Part shown: one piece after another, positions 27,701 to 40,077 of the stretch | Layout: the number at the start of each line of letters is the position of its first letter | Position numbering within the stretch: the first letter of the stretch is position 1 | NCBI GenBank assembly: GCA_043228905.1 | Contig: JBHGNT010000006.1 | Span: 17,918,001-17,982,000 of the forward strand | Source of the DNA: Azolla caroliniana | Lineage: Eukaryota; Plantae; Polypodiophyta | Direction of reading: 5' to 3' | Length of the DNA: 64,000 nucleotides | Notes under the pieces: generated by a model | Databases searched by the model: none | What the model saw: the letters and a program-made list of their open reading frames with translations, nothing else | What the model was told of the DNA's origin: nothing | Position numbers and translations under genes: made by a program

Positions 27701-28557
27701 TCCTGGGGTGTCGTTACTGCTGCGATAGTTCGTATGCGCACTGTAACCCCCTTCTGAATCCGATTCCAGCGCTGAAAATGCTTCAGATTCGCCGTCTCTT
27801 CCGGCCAAGGCCTAGAGAAGGGTTTCCACTTCCAGAAGGTTGCTTAAGCTGCTTCCTTCGTCTGGGTAAGTGTTTTGTTGCAGACGGAGGAGCGACTCCT
27901 CCGCCACTTTCCGGGTCACTTTGGAATATGATTGATCCGTTCGGATTTCTTCCGCTGCTTGCTGGAAAGCCTCTCGCCGCCGTCTCCATTCAGCAAGTCT
28001 TCATGCTCTCTCCGTAACCGGGTCGTCTATTGGCCTAGTCATCCATTCCTGCTGCTGTTCACTGCGATTATGCAGGAATCGTGGTCGCCAAAAATTGTGT
28101 TATTGCTAGGGCCGGACAGCAGCCTAACACAGGCTGTCCACTTAAGACACTTTACCAAAGGGTGGTACGGTAGAATGATTTACGACACAACGCTTAATTA
28201 GACCTTAATTGGTTACTTAGCAATCCGTAATTAACACGCGTAAGATATAACAATGAATACAGAACGGTAATCAACACTGGAAGATTAAGACAATAAGCTT
28301 TATTAATTATCCGCACCTGATTACATTGTAACTGGGCCTTTATATAGGTCTGCGGTGCGAAATACAAAACGGTGCCAACCGACACCTTTACGGGATCGTT
28401 ACGGATCCGGATCGGCATACCGATTCCGGTCCGTCCGTCCACATCTTCTTATATATTAATATATATATTAAGACTACTAATTATAATAGTTCCCGAATAA
28501 CTATTCCTTTCACACTTTGGTTTGGACCTCCTTAAGCCTTCTTGCCGGCCGGTAACA
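24766..28557 (-). mobile_element. Second G1 copy, internally deleted (LTR-gag-PR fused to ORF3 start)
   Basis: Reverse-complement homology to 4840-7896 and 11452-12185; RT, RH and INT absent; LTR at 28096-28557. Confidence 0.9.
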
Positions 28558-29374
28558 ATGGGCTTGGAACCAGAAGACGAATCGGGAGCAACCGATTCGG
28601 ACAAGAGCTGGAACGAATCAGAGACAGTCAATTCGGTTCAAAAGACAGATTCGGAAGAACCGGATCAATTAAGGGCCAAGCATACACGGATGCAGCGGAA
28701 GTCGATGCCATCGCGGAGGAATCGACGGATCGGCAAGCGCCGGAGTCATAGCAGCAAAGAAGCTGAGAGGGGCCTATTGAGCAGACATGCCGACCAAGAA
28801 GGTCGAGGTGTGCAGAACCAGAAGGGTCTTGGCAAACGGGACCAGACCAGACGAGGAGCGCAAGGAAGGCGAAGCGATGCCAGGAGAAGTCAGTTGGAAG
28901 AACCGACTGCCACAGAGACTGACCCTAAGATCCAACCTCAAGTTGAGCTTGAGGGGGAGTGTTGAGCGGCAAGCTCAACTGGAGCCGGATCGTCTGAATA
29001 AGCCTGAGCCGGCAAGCGAGATAGATCGGTAAGCTGCGAGCAACCGAGCGGGCAAGCAACAAAGCCGGTGAGCTGGGGAGCCAGTTTGCTGGATCCAATC
29101 AGTAATCGAAAGCCTAGTACTAGTGTAGACTACTAGGCAATTATAGTCTCGTAGTAAGTGTTAGATGCTCGTGTGAGCATTGAAGTACGTGGTACTTCTG
29201 TCAGTCCCACGAGGACTTGTATAAATAATGCTATTGAGCATAGTTGTAAATACAAAGTGTTTTATATATTTTCGAATATAGCTTTGAGGTTCTGTTGTCT
29301 CTGTCTCTCCCGAGTACTCTGTGTATTCCCTAATTTCTCTGTTTTTCTAACGCTTCCGCAAGTTATCGTTTACA
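28558..29374 (+). mobile_element. copia 3' extension, PPT and 3' LTR (28960-29374)
   Basis: Charged ORF ending PQVELEGEC*, PPT gcttgagggggag, TGTTG...TTTACA; LTR related to 58735-59158. Confidence 0.8.
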
Positions 29375-29714
29375 CGTTTTTACTATATTCTATATGTCTG
29401 CGCTCCTGCCCATCGGTTACTATTCCAACGGACAACACCTGGCACGCTTGTGGGATAGTGCCATGGCACGTTGAACCCACCCCTTTAATCTTCCTCCAAA
29501 ATGGCCCGGATGTTTGGTTCCGCCCCGGTGTCTCGGTCCGGGGACAGTGTAATATCCATAGGCGCGTCGTTGCGTGGTTCCAAGACTAGGTCGATAGGGC
29601 TTTCCAGGGTGCCATTGGCTTCCTGTGTGGGCGGTCCGGGGCTCCACTGTCTCGTCCTGGTCTACTGTGGCTGGCTAAGCCGTCAGTGGGCTCTCAATAG
29701 GTTGAGGTTCTGTC

Positions 29715-32301
29715 TCATTCGTAACTTCCTCCGTGGTGTCGGCCGTAGTCGTATGCTCCGGTGAATGGGGATGAGGTTCGTCTCACTTTCTGGTATCGCG
29801 GTGTCTCCATTTGTTGTTCCGTGTTGCCCACCGTAGTGGTTAATTCCGGTGACTTGGGCTGAGGTTCCTCTCGTTCGGCAGTATCCTTTACTGGTATCGC
29901 GATGGATTGTGCGTTTGGTCTCATGCTACCGGCTTGCATTATTTGGTGAAACAGGTCCTCTTGACTTTCGCCAAAATCATATAGTAGTTGTCCGAGTTCC
30001 TCGGAGTGTTGGTCCGCTAGCATGCGATAATCCTGCGCTAGGTCCTCGCGTATTGCCGCAATGCTTTCCTCACTGAGTTTGTAGAACCCTCGACCGTCTT
30101 TTCTTCGGTTGTCCTAGTCCGCCCGGTACGTATGCAACTCTGCCGCTTGTGCAACCCACACCATCCAACCTTTGTCTAGTGCCGCTTGTAATTGCGCCGT
30201 AAACCTCTCCCGATTTGTTTGAAGAAGTATGCGCACGTTGTCGGTTATTGCTTGGCAACAGTTGCGTGCGTCTTCTACGGTTTTGGATTTCTTGTTTACT
30301 GACCGTCGCCGCTTCCTCATCGTTGCTCCTCATTCCTGCCCATAACTGAGATTCCTAATTCTTCTAGCTTTCCCATTTCATTTTTCAGGTGAATTTCGAG
30401 CTGATGCCTCCTCTCCTGTTCCCCTAGAAGCTGCTCGTTGAACCATGCTTTCTTCTTTTCTAATAATGCCCGGAGTCCCGTAATCACCACTTCCAATTTT
30501 TTCGCTTCCCCCCGTAGTTTAGCGTTTTCTTCTTTCGTGCGGGTGTGCTATGCTGCCTCCGCTACGAGTTTCTCTTCAAGGGTCTTCATTAACTTTCGGC
30601 CGTTGGCCCGGATGTCCTTTTCTCTGTCCGAGGACTGGCGAAGTTTGGAGCGGAGGCGGTCCATCTCTGATTCCACCAGTTGCACGACCCGTTTTGCTTT
30701 CAAGGCAATGGCAGTCTATGCTTCAATTTCTTCTCTCAGGGCCTCGATGGCGTTGTCTGTTGGTTGAGCTGCCTGCTATGCCACAGTCGCGTTACATTCC
30801 AACTCCGCGATGCGTTCGTTGGCCTTTTGTAGCTCGGCTTGGGTCGGTTTAACTGTTTTCCAGACATTTTTATTTTTAATCGCCATATCCTTGGCGCCAA
30901 TACTGACCTTAGCCAGTTCCCTATGAACTTCGATGAGGGCCGCATTTAATGGGAGTAGTTCCATCCCCATTCGGCGTATATTGGCATTCCGTTGTCTGCC
31001 GAGTCTGGCTAGTTGCTCCTCATCATCGCTTTCCGCCGTTTGCGTTAAGGCACGCTCAATCATATGTCGGTCCGCGTGGTCCTCGGCCATTCCTGGGAGA
31101 CTTTTATTTGTTGTGTTGCCAAAAATTCCATGAGTTCAAAAGTAGTTTTGAACTGTAATAGTGCGCCGAACTCATGCGCCGTGTCCAGAATGTCCAGATA
31201 CACCAGGACCTCGCTTTCCGCCATAAATACGCCTTTCCCCCACTATGACTGGCCCGAAATGATCGGCCGTGGTTCCTGGATTATTTCGAAGGTTGTGTTG
31301 GGCTCCGTAGCTACGGAGCTATCGACCATGATCATCGTCTCTGTGGCCGCGAGTGTGTGTTTAACTAACCCGCACCCATCTTTCTTGTCCAGCCTCCGCG
31401 GTTTCAGCCTTCGGCTTTCTTGACGTTGCTCAGCTTCCTACTCCTGCGAAGCTTCCTCCTGTGTTGTTCACGTGCTGGGCTAGGCTGATTGCGGTTCATC
31501 CTCCCACTATGTGGTGGCCAACTCCGCTAACCTTCGTTTCGCGGATCGTGACGGCGGCGTAGGTTTGCTGGGCTGTGGTGCCGGTAGACCCCGGGGTGGG
31601 AATAGTATCATCAGATACTGCTGTATGATAGGCCTTAGCTTTTTTCCTCCTTGATATGCGTGCAGGCTTTCCCGTAACGCTGGTCTTGTAATGACCCCCC
31701 AATCGACCGTGCACCCTTCAAAGGTATCGATGATGATAGCCGCCTTCTGCTTGGGCATCCTGTATGCATTTACATGCACGCATCCAAACTCCAACAGGAA
31801 CTTGGCTATTTCGCGGAAGAAGGGGTCGGGGATTTCCTTCGTTTTGTATGCCTTGGCAAACGTCGAATATGGCCCGAAATATCTCTGCAAAGTTTCCGTA
31901 GGAGGGATTTCAAAATGCCTTTCTCCCAGTGATGACAAGGCAAGCTTTTTCCGGATGGATGTGTTGGTGACCGTGTCAATATTAAGCTTCCTAGCAATGT
32001 CCACGGCTTCAGGGTGAGGGGGTGCCTTGGCGACTTTGATGTATCCATCCAGGCGTTTCTCCACGAGCCATCGATGCAAGGCGGCAGAAATGGGGATCGG
32101 CATAGTAGGATGGTGAGACTCGTGGCTAGTGGGTGAGGACTGATGGCTATGGTGAAGTTGAGCTCTGTGATAGGATGGAGAGGAGGGTGAGTGAGGGGAG
32201 CGATGAGAGCGATGAGAGTTAGAAGGTTGGTTTTTGTACTGTGTAGAAAACCTTCTATTTTCTTCTTTTTGTGGCCTAGGGTTAATTGGTCGGTGAGCCA
32301 T
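29715..32301 (-). pseudogene. G2 accessory ORF3
   Basis: YFGPYS, FREIAKFLLEFG and EGCTVDW match G1 ORF3; C-terminal ELHTYRAD...IREDLAQDY block. Confidence 0.75.
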
Positions 32302-32445
32302 CGTGGTCCCGTGTGTTCTTGGTCTAGAAGTTTGTGCATGCCCTAAGTCCTTTTAATAACGTCTCTATCTTCTCTTTTTTTTTTTCTTTTGTAACGGTTA
32401 CATACAATATTAACTTTACACTATAGTACAAGTAGGGCCCTATAC

Positions 32446-35190
32446 CTACTCCGCGGATTCTCCGGCTTTGTTCCGTCCGGTGGGGAATGGGTTAGGTGGC
32501 GTAGGTCCCAGGTAAGGTTTAAGGCGAAACCCATTCACCTTTTGTCGTAGCACTTCCCTGGGCAAGGTGCCAAGTTGAAACGTGCCCTGTTCCTCTCCCA
32601 CTATCCAATACAGGCCTGTCCAGCGGAATCGTAATTTTCCTGGCATTTCCCCCATCCGTGTTTGAAACACTAATACTGCTCTCCCCACCGTAAAATCCTT
32701 TTCACGCGCATGCCGATGTCGGTCCATGAATGCTTTGCGCCGCCACTGTTCTTGCTCCAATATGGCCATACTGCAGACCCTTGTTTCGCCTAGTTCTAGC
32801 AGTTGTTATAGCCGTATTAATTCGGATTTTCCCTCTGGCAGCCGGGCTCGTACTTGAATCTGCAGACAGGGTACCTGGAATTCGACTGGCATCACGGCCT
32901 CCAGCCCAAATGCTAGCCTGAAAGGAATGGATTGTATATTGTTCTTATAGCTGGTTCGATACGCCCATAATGCGCTGTGCAATTTGGTATCCCAATCTGT
33001 TCTGTTTTCATTGACTATCTTTTTGAGGATAGTTTGTAATGTTTTGTTCGTGGATTCGGCCAAGCCATTTGCCTGTGGGTAGTATGACGTACTCTTTTTA
33101 TGAACCACAACGTAGTGTTGGGTCAACTCGTTGATGACCTTGTTCAGAAAGTGACTCCCTTGATCACTAATGAGCTCGATAGGGCAGCCGAAACGACACC
33201 AGATATGTTCGTAAAGGAATTTCGCCGTGACTGCCGCGGTATTCTCGCGTAGTGGTTTTGCTTCTACCCACTTGGTGCAGTAATCCGTGGCCACTAGGAT
33301 ATACTTATTGCCTGTTCGAGCAGCTGCCATGGTAAAGGGTCCCACAAAATCAAGCCCCCACTTTTGGATCCAGTGGCAACACCGGTTGATGTGGCATTCT
33401 CACGACTTTCGTGGGCTGGCCCAATCATTGGCATAAATCACACTATCTGCAATATTCATACGCATCCTTTTGCATAGTCGGCCACCAAAGTCCTGTGTGC
33501 CAGATTTTCCGGGCCGTAACATCGCCCGCGTAATGTCCTCCCGTTGTACCACAATGGGCTTCACGTAAAACCGCAACCTCCAAATGTCGTCATTGCCTTT
33601 GTGGTATAGGATGTCTTCGACTAAACAGAAATTCTGACTCCGTACGGCCAACCGTTTTTTCTCGTCCGTCCTTAATTGGGGTGGTTGTAACCTCGTGGTC
33701 AAGAAGTAGGTCATTTCCATCAACCACCGATCCGGAAAAGTCTTTTCTGTTCGTTCTGCTAGTGTTGCTATACGTAGAATGTCCGCATCCGGAAAGTCGT
33801 CGTCATCTTTTTGCGTCCTTTCTCCATTATCTAGTCTACTCAAGAAATCTACCACCACGTGTTGCATACCTGGTCGGTGCTGAATTACAAAGTCAAATTC
33901 TTGGAGCAGTAGCATCCATCTAGCCAATTTTCCCGTCAGTGTCTGTTTCCCTACCAGATATAGCAATACTATATGATCCACGTGAAACGTGAATTTCCAC
34001 CCTAGCAGATAATGCCGGAATTTATTGATGTTGTATATCATACCCAACGCTTCACAATCCGTTGTGGAATAGTTACGCTTAGCCATTGATAGTTTCCGAC
34101 TAGCATAGTACACTAGTCGGTACCAATTCGTCTCAAGAGCTGCATCAACACACTACCTATTGCTATCTTCGAGGCATCCACGAACACGTGAAATGGTTTC
34201 GCCCAAACTGGTGACCTTGTACGACTAGTGCTTGCGTTAACATTATTTTTAGCGCATCATATGCCTTCTCTTCCGTTGTTGTCCATTTGAAAGGAGTACG
34301 GTGAACGACGGCATGTAATGGTGTGGCGAAATCCGCCAAATAGCGTATCATCTGGCTGTGCCATCATATTTGTCCCAAAAACCGGCTGAGTGCTTTCACG
34401 TTTGTCGGTGTTTTTGCGTGAGTAATCACGGAGATTTAGTTCGGATCGACCGTTATCCCCTCCTTACTGACGATGTGGCCGAGGAGAGCCCTGTTGGTGA
34501 CGCCGAAGGCGCATTTGGCGGGATTCAAGCTTAAGTGTGCAGTTTGGCAACGCTCCAGGCAAAGCTGTAGATGTGTAAAATGGTCGGCTGTTGTCCCATA
34601 TACCGCAAAATTGTCTAAAAAGACCTGCATGAAGGCTAGTATATATTCCCCAAAAATCTCCGTGATTGTCCATTGCAATGTAGCCAATGCCGTCTTTAGC
34701 TCGAACATCATGACGACCCCGACCTAGACTCCCAGTGCGTGGCAAACACCGTCTTCTCTTGGTCGTCGGGGTGCATGCGTACCTGTAGATGTGTAAAATT
34801 GTCGGATGTTGTCCCATATACCGCAAAATCGTCTAAAAAGTTGTAGATGTGTAAAATAGTCGGCTGCTGTCCCATATACCGCCAAAATCGTCTAAAAAGA
34901 CCTACATGAAGGCAGGTATATATTCCCCAAAAATCTCCGTGATTGTCCCTTGCAATCTAGCCAACGCCGTCTTTAGCTCGAACATCATGACGACCGTGAC
35001 ATAGACTCCCAGTCCGTGACAAACGCCGTCTTCTCTTCGTCGTCGGGGTGCATGCGTACTTGATTGTAGCCACTGAAGCCATCTAAAAAGTTGTACATGT
35101 CATGCCCTGCGACGACATCCAGTATGCTGTCGGTGAACGGTAAAGGGAATGCGTCGGTAATGGTTACGACGTTCAATTTCCGGTAATCCG
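32446..35190 (-). pseudogene. G2 RT-RNase H-integrase, degenerate
   Basis: FLDGFSGYNQV, YYASRKL, ATDYCTKWVEA, GKLRFRWTG. Confidence 0.92.
34568..35060. repeat. Local tandem duplication inside G2 RT
   Basis: Segment beginning gtagatgtgtaaaat occurs at about 34568, 34785 and 34843; about 215 bp is repeated. Confidence 0.75.
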
Positions 35191-35191
35191 T

Positions 35192-38100
35192 CTTCTACAG
35201 CCTCGAGTGCCACGAAACAGCTCCCCCTGCATATGTCATTACATACCCGGATGTAGACCGGATGGTATCCACATCAGCCGAAATATCCGAATCGGAAAAA
35301 CTGTCAACTTGAGGTTTACCGGAACCGAATCGGAGACACATATTCGAAGTGCCCTTCAATTACCGGAGTATCCATTTGACCGCATTCTAGTGCTCATAAA
35401 CCGGCTCACCACTCCGACTACGTATCCAATATCAGGTCAAGTACACACCATTGCGTACATTAAGCTCCCGACGGTACATGCATATGGAACCTTCATCATA
35501 TCCGCCTTCTCTGCTTTCATCTTCGGGCTTTGCTTACCAGATAATTTGCAGTTTTCCGGGAGTGTCGATCTGAACGGTTTCGCCTCTAACATGTTGAACC
35601 GTGGAAGCACCTTTGTCACATATTTCTCTTGTGACAACCACAATTGCTTCTTTGACCGGTCCCGGATGATGTGCATCCCAAGTATCTGTCTTGCCGGGCC
35701 CAAGTCTTTCATTGCGAAGGTTCGATTCAGAGCCTTCTTAAGCATCCGTATTTTGGCTTGGTCCCGTCCGACGATCAACATGTCGTCCACATACAAAAGG
35801 AGTATCAGGAAGTCACCTCCTTCGAACTTCTTCACAAACACGCAGTGATCGGTTTGCATTTTGTGATACCCTTGGTCGGTCATGAAGGAGTCAAACTTCC
35901 GGTACCATTGTCGGAGAGCCTGCTTCAGTCTGTACATGCTCTTCTTCAAGTGGCAAACCAGGTGCTCCTTCCCTTTCTCCACGAATCCTTCCGGTTGCTG
36001 CATGTAGATCTCCTCTTCGAGGTCACCGTGAAGGAATGTCGTCTTCACGTCCAACTGCTCTACCTCGAGGTCCATGCTTGCCGCTATACTCAGCACCATC
36101 CGGATGGAGGTCATCTTTATTACCGGGGCAAATATCTCGTCGAAGTCCACGCCCTTCTTCTGTTGGAACCCCTTGACGGGAACTCAGCGCTCCTTATGTC
36201 CAACACTCGACCGCAACCAAGATTCTTTTCATACACAGAAAAACAGGAAACAAAATGCACGCGACACAAAGGAGAGAAAAGGGTACACAGAATGTTTACG
36301 TGGAAAACCCAAAGAGGGAAAAACCACGGCAGCCCAAAGGCTGCAAACTATCACTATATTGGAATGTACAAACAATGAGTTCACGAAGGCAACGACCTCG
36401 TGCTCACGATCTTCGCCACAGGTGGCGGTTACAACAGAGGCAACGACCTCATTCACTCTCTCTCTCAACCTGTACATTGTTACACGCTCTCACTTCTTGC
36501 ACCAACAAGAAAATGACAACAACAATAACTACATCCTAAAACTCTGCCCTAAGTCATATTTATACTAATATAACTTTTCGGCTATTTACAAAAATAGCCT
36601 CGATGGGCTCTCAGAAACATATTTACGAATATGTCTCTTCCTCCGGTTCTCACCGGGTCTGCGTCATCCGGCTCTCCGTAGCCGGGTGCTCCTCATCCGG
36701 TTCATACCGGGTCTGCACCATCCGGCTCTCCGTAGCCAGGTACTCCTCTTCCGGTTCTCACCAGGTCTGCACCATCCGGCTCTCCGTAGCCGGGTACTCC
36801 TCTTCCGGTTCTCATCGGGCCTGTATCATCCGGCTCTCCGTAGCAGGGTCCAACTCATACGGATTCGGCCTCGACCTATCGGCCTCGGCCGAGTTTGTTC
36901 GTCGGCAATATTCTTCTCCCTTCCCATCCGGAGGGACTTGTCTCCCAACACCCCTTCACCAGGATCCTGGCTTTGTATCTCGGGGGGTTGCCGGCATCTC
37001 CCGGTTTCAACTTGTACACCCACTTAATTCGGAGTGCCCACTTTTCTTTCGGCAACTCCACCAATTCGTACGTATGGTTCTCATGCAGGGTTTAGGTGTG
37101 ACTGCATGTGACTTGGTGTCCACTTGACACCCATCAGTATGCACCAACTCCAATGGTGCATTACATCTCATCGGTGGCCTCGATCGGAAGGAGGTCCGGT
37201 TTTGCTTTCCGGCCAAACAATCAATGCACTTCTCCAAGTGCACGTTCTTCACTGGAATGAGGTTGTCATCTGCAAGCCTCTTCATCCCCTTCTCGCTCAT
37301 GTGCACAACCTCTTTTGCCACAGCTCACCGGCAGAGTCGGTTGCCACGTTCACTTCCTCCGAACATTACCGGGCATTCATCAGGTATAGTGTGTTTACCT
37401 TCCGGGCCTGAGCCACAATCATGCTCCCTTTGCTGAACTTCATAACACCGTTCCAGATGCTACCTGTGTAGCCTTCATCATCTAGCTCACCGGTTGATAT
37501 CAGGTTCAGACGAACCTCCGGAACGTGTCAGACATCCTTCAGCATTAGCTTGCATCTGGTTGGTGTTGCCAACCACACCTCTCGTATGCTGACAATCCGG
37601 CATGTACCTTCATTCCCCATCCGGACACAACTGTGATCACCAGTTGAGTAGGATGAGAAGCATTTCTGGTCCGGGGTAAGGTGGAACGACGCTCCGGAGT
37701 CGACCACCTAGGTCATCTCGTCGCCGGCAAGGTATATCTCACTCTCCTCGATGATGATCATCAACTCTTCTTCACTTTCCGCGATTGCCATCGTTCCCTT
37801 CTGGTCCGGCCCCCTCCGGTCTTTACCATTCCGGTCCGGTGTTCGCTTCGGATCGGTACCGTCGATTTCCTTGTCTTTTCGGAAATGCCAACAGTTCTTC
37901 TGGAAGTGTCCCGGCTTGCCGCAATAGCAACAAGTAGGCCTCCCCCTTGACTTTGACCGTGTCCCCGACTTTTCCCGGTTCTGGGGGCTACGGTTCCTTT
38001 GTCTTCCACGTTCCGATTCGGTAAGGAGCACTTTGGAGTCGGAGCTCGTATCCTTATCTTTCCGACGCGCCTCCTCATCTAGCAAGCTCGACTTCACTCT

Positions 38101-39198
38101 TGCTAGGGATAACCGTTTCCCTTCCGGCCCAGTGTTGACCAAAGTGACGACCAACGTCTCCCAGCTATCTGGGAGGAAACCGAGCAGGAATACTGCTAGT
38201 ACCTCATCGGCGAGAAGTACTTCTAATGATGTTGCTTGGTGGATCAGCCCTTGCAAGGAATTCATGTGCTCCGCCATGCTAGAGCCATCTTGGTACTAGA
38301 GTCTTACTAGCTTCCGAAATACCGAAACCAGATTAACAACATTTTTGTTCTGAAACATAATATCGATCTTCTCCCAGAGCTCATGAGCCTTGCTCTCTTC
38401 ATTGAAGTTATTGTATAGACTCATGTCGATGAAGCACCATATGTACGCCGTTGTCTTCATGTGCATCACATCCCATATCGTGGCATCGATTTTGTTCGGT
38501 CTCTTGTCCCGGAACTGAACTGGCAACCAAAGATCTTAAACCATGAGCATGTCCCTCATCTTCGACTTCCACACTGAATAGTTGGAGCCTGTGAGCTTGA
38601 ACATGTCTCCCAACGAATCGTCCATTGTTCTGTGTCGATTCGCTTTGATACCACTTGCCAGGAATATACGCGGAATAATCTCCGGCCACAATTGAAGCGT
38701 AGATCACTTGATAACAATCGAACACAAAAGAAATGGGAATGGAGTTAAGTACACGAACAAAAAAAAAGGGGAATACACAGGATGTTAACGTGGAAAACCC
38801 CGAGAGGGAAGAGAAAAACCACGGGAGCCCACAGACTCCAAACTATCACTATGCCAATGATTACAGCAGGGAGCATAGAGGCAATGACCTCTTGCTCACG
38901 ATCTTCACCTGGCAGTAGTTACAACATTGACATGCTATGTATCGCTCTCTCTGTCTCTCTCTGTACAGTTGTTACACCAAAATTACACACACTACTAAGT
39001 TTGCCCTAGGTCATATTTATACTAATATGACTTTCGCCTATTTACAAAATATAGCCCCAGTGGGCTCTCTGGAACATATTTACATATATGTCCCTTCATC
39101 CGACGAGAGGTTCTCACCGGGCCTGCATCATCCGGTTCTCACCGGGTCTTCCGATGCCGGGCCTGCGTATCCCATCCGGAGGGACCGAGATCCTAACA
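35192..39198 (-). mobile_element. copia D copy 2, deleted internally and at the 3' end; 5' LTR 38656-39198, PBS 38642-38653
   Basis: gag MDDSLGDMFKLTGSNY, zinc knuckle, VDSGAS protease, RT; PBS TGGTATCAAAGC. Confidence 0.9.
36174..36950 (-). mobile_element. Solo LTR (D-related) with four 54-bp repeats
   Basis: TG...CA ends and perfect TSD CCCCT/CCCCT; host RT resumes on both sides. Confidence 0.92.
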
Positions 39199-39392
39199 TC
39201 CATACACGTATTTTGCCATTTTTCTTTGGTACGACTACTATTGGGCTTAGCCATGTAGCTTGTTTGACTGGTCGAATGAATCTGGCCTAGAGGAGTTTGT
39301 CAATTTCTTCTTTTACGCGAGCCGCGTAATTTGGGTTCATGCGGTATCGACGCTCTTGGACCGGTTTTGCATCGGTTGCTAAATTGATCTTA
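38575..39392. repeat. 818-bp direct duplication, left copy
   Basis: Matches 44042-44859 at constant offset 5467; two mismatches noticed by eye. Confidence 0.95.
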
Positions 39393-39488
39393 CTAGGACC
39401 AAATGGTCGAAACAAGGAGTGCGTAGAGATAGGCACAAGACGATTAGAGGGTGCTTAAGCTAAACAAGAGAAAGTAGGCAACATACAC

Positions 39489-39491
<3 letters not shown>

Positions 39492-39544
<53 letters not shown>
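39492..39544. repeat. (GA)n microsatellite; a second one lies at about 39736-39760
   Basis: Direct read; the two tracts flank the hammerhead motif. Confidence 0.95.
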
Positions 39545-39546
<2 letters not shown>

Positions 39547-39567
39547 TTTTTAATTCAAAGAGGGTGG

Positions 39568-39622
39568 TGGTCTTAGGCAAACTAGTTTCGCTCAATAGTG
39601 GAGCTCTTCAGTGCAAAGACCA
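39568..39622 (-). ncRNA. Minimal type I hammerhead ribozyme
   Basis: Minus strand reads UGGUCUU-U-GCA CUGAAGA GCUC-CACUAUU-GAGC GAAA CUAG UU UGC-CU-AAGACCA: full core, stem II, palindromic short stem III, bulged stem I. Confidence 0.85.
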
Positions 39623-39864
39623 TTACAACAAGAGAATGTGATTTATAAAGGGGTGGGAAGGAAGAGGGAGTGAGAGAAAAAGGAGTGGGGAGGATTTGAT
39701 TTGTGTAGTAGATGAGAGAGAATAGAATGTGGTGATGAGAGAGAGAGAGAGAGAGAGAGATGTGTGTAGGAAAGTGATAGGGAATGAGAGAAGGGAAATT
39801 AGTATAATGATGATGGTGAGGGGGGAGTTTTTAATGTGATGAAAAAGGGGGATTTGGGATAATA

Positions 39865-40077
39865 TTAAGTGGGGGATGTGGGTGAAATATTTGAAAACTT
39901 AGTGTTAAGTGGGGGATTTGGGGGATTTGGGTGGATTGTTTGAAACTTTAGTCTTAAGTGGGGGATTTGGGTGGATTGTTTGAAAATTTAGTCTTAAGTG
40001 GGGGATTTTGGTGGATTGTTTGAAAACTTAGTTTTAAGTGGGGGATTTTGGTGGATTTTTTGAAAACTTAGTCTTAA
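39865..40077. repeat. Five copies of a ~40-bp unit containing the RT C-terminus and stop codon
   Basis: ttaagtgggggatt...gaaaacttagt units start at about 39865, 39905, 39954, 39994 and 40034. Confidence 0.9.
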
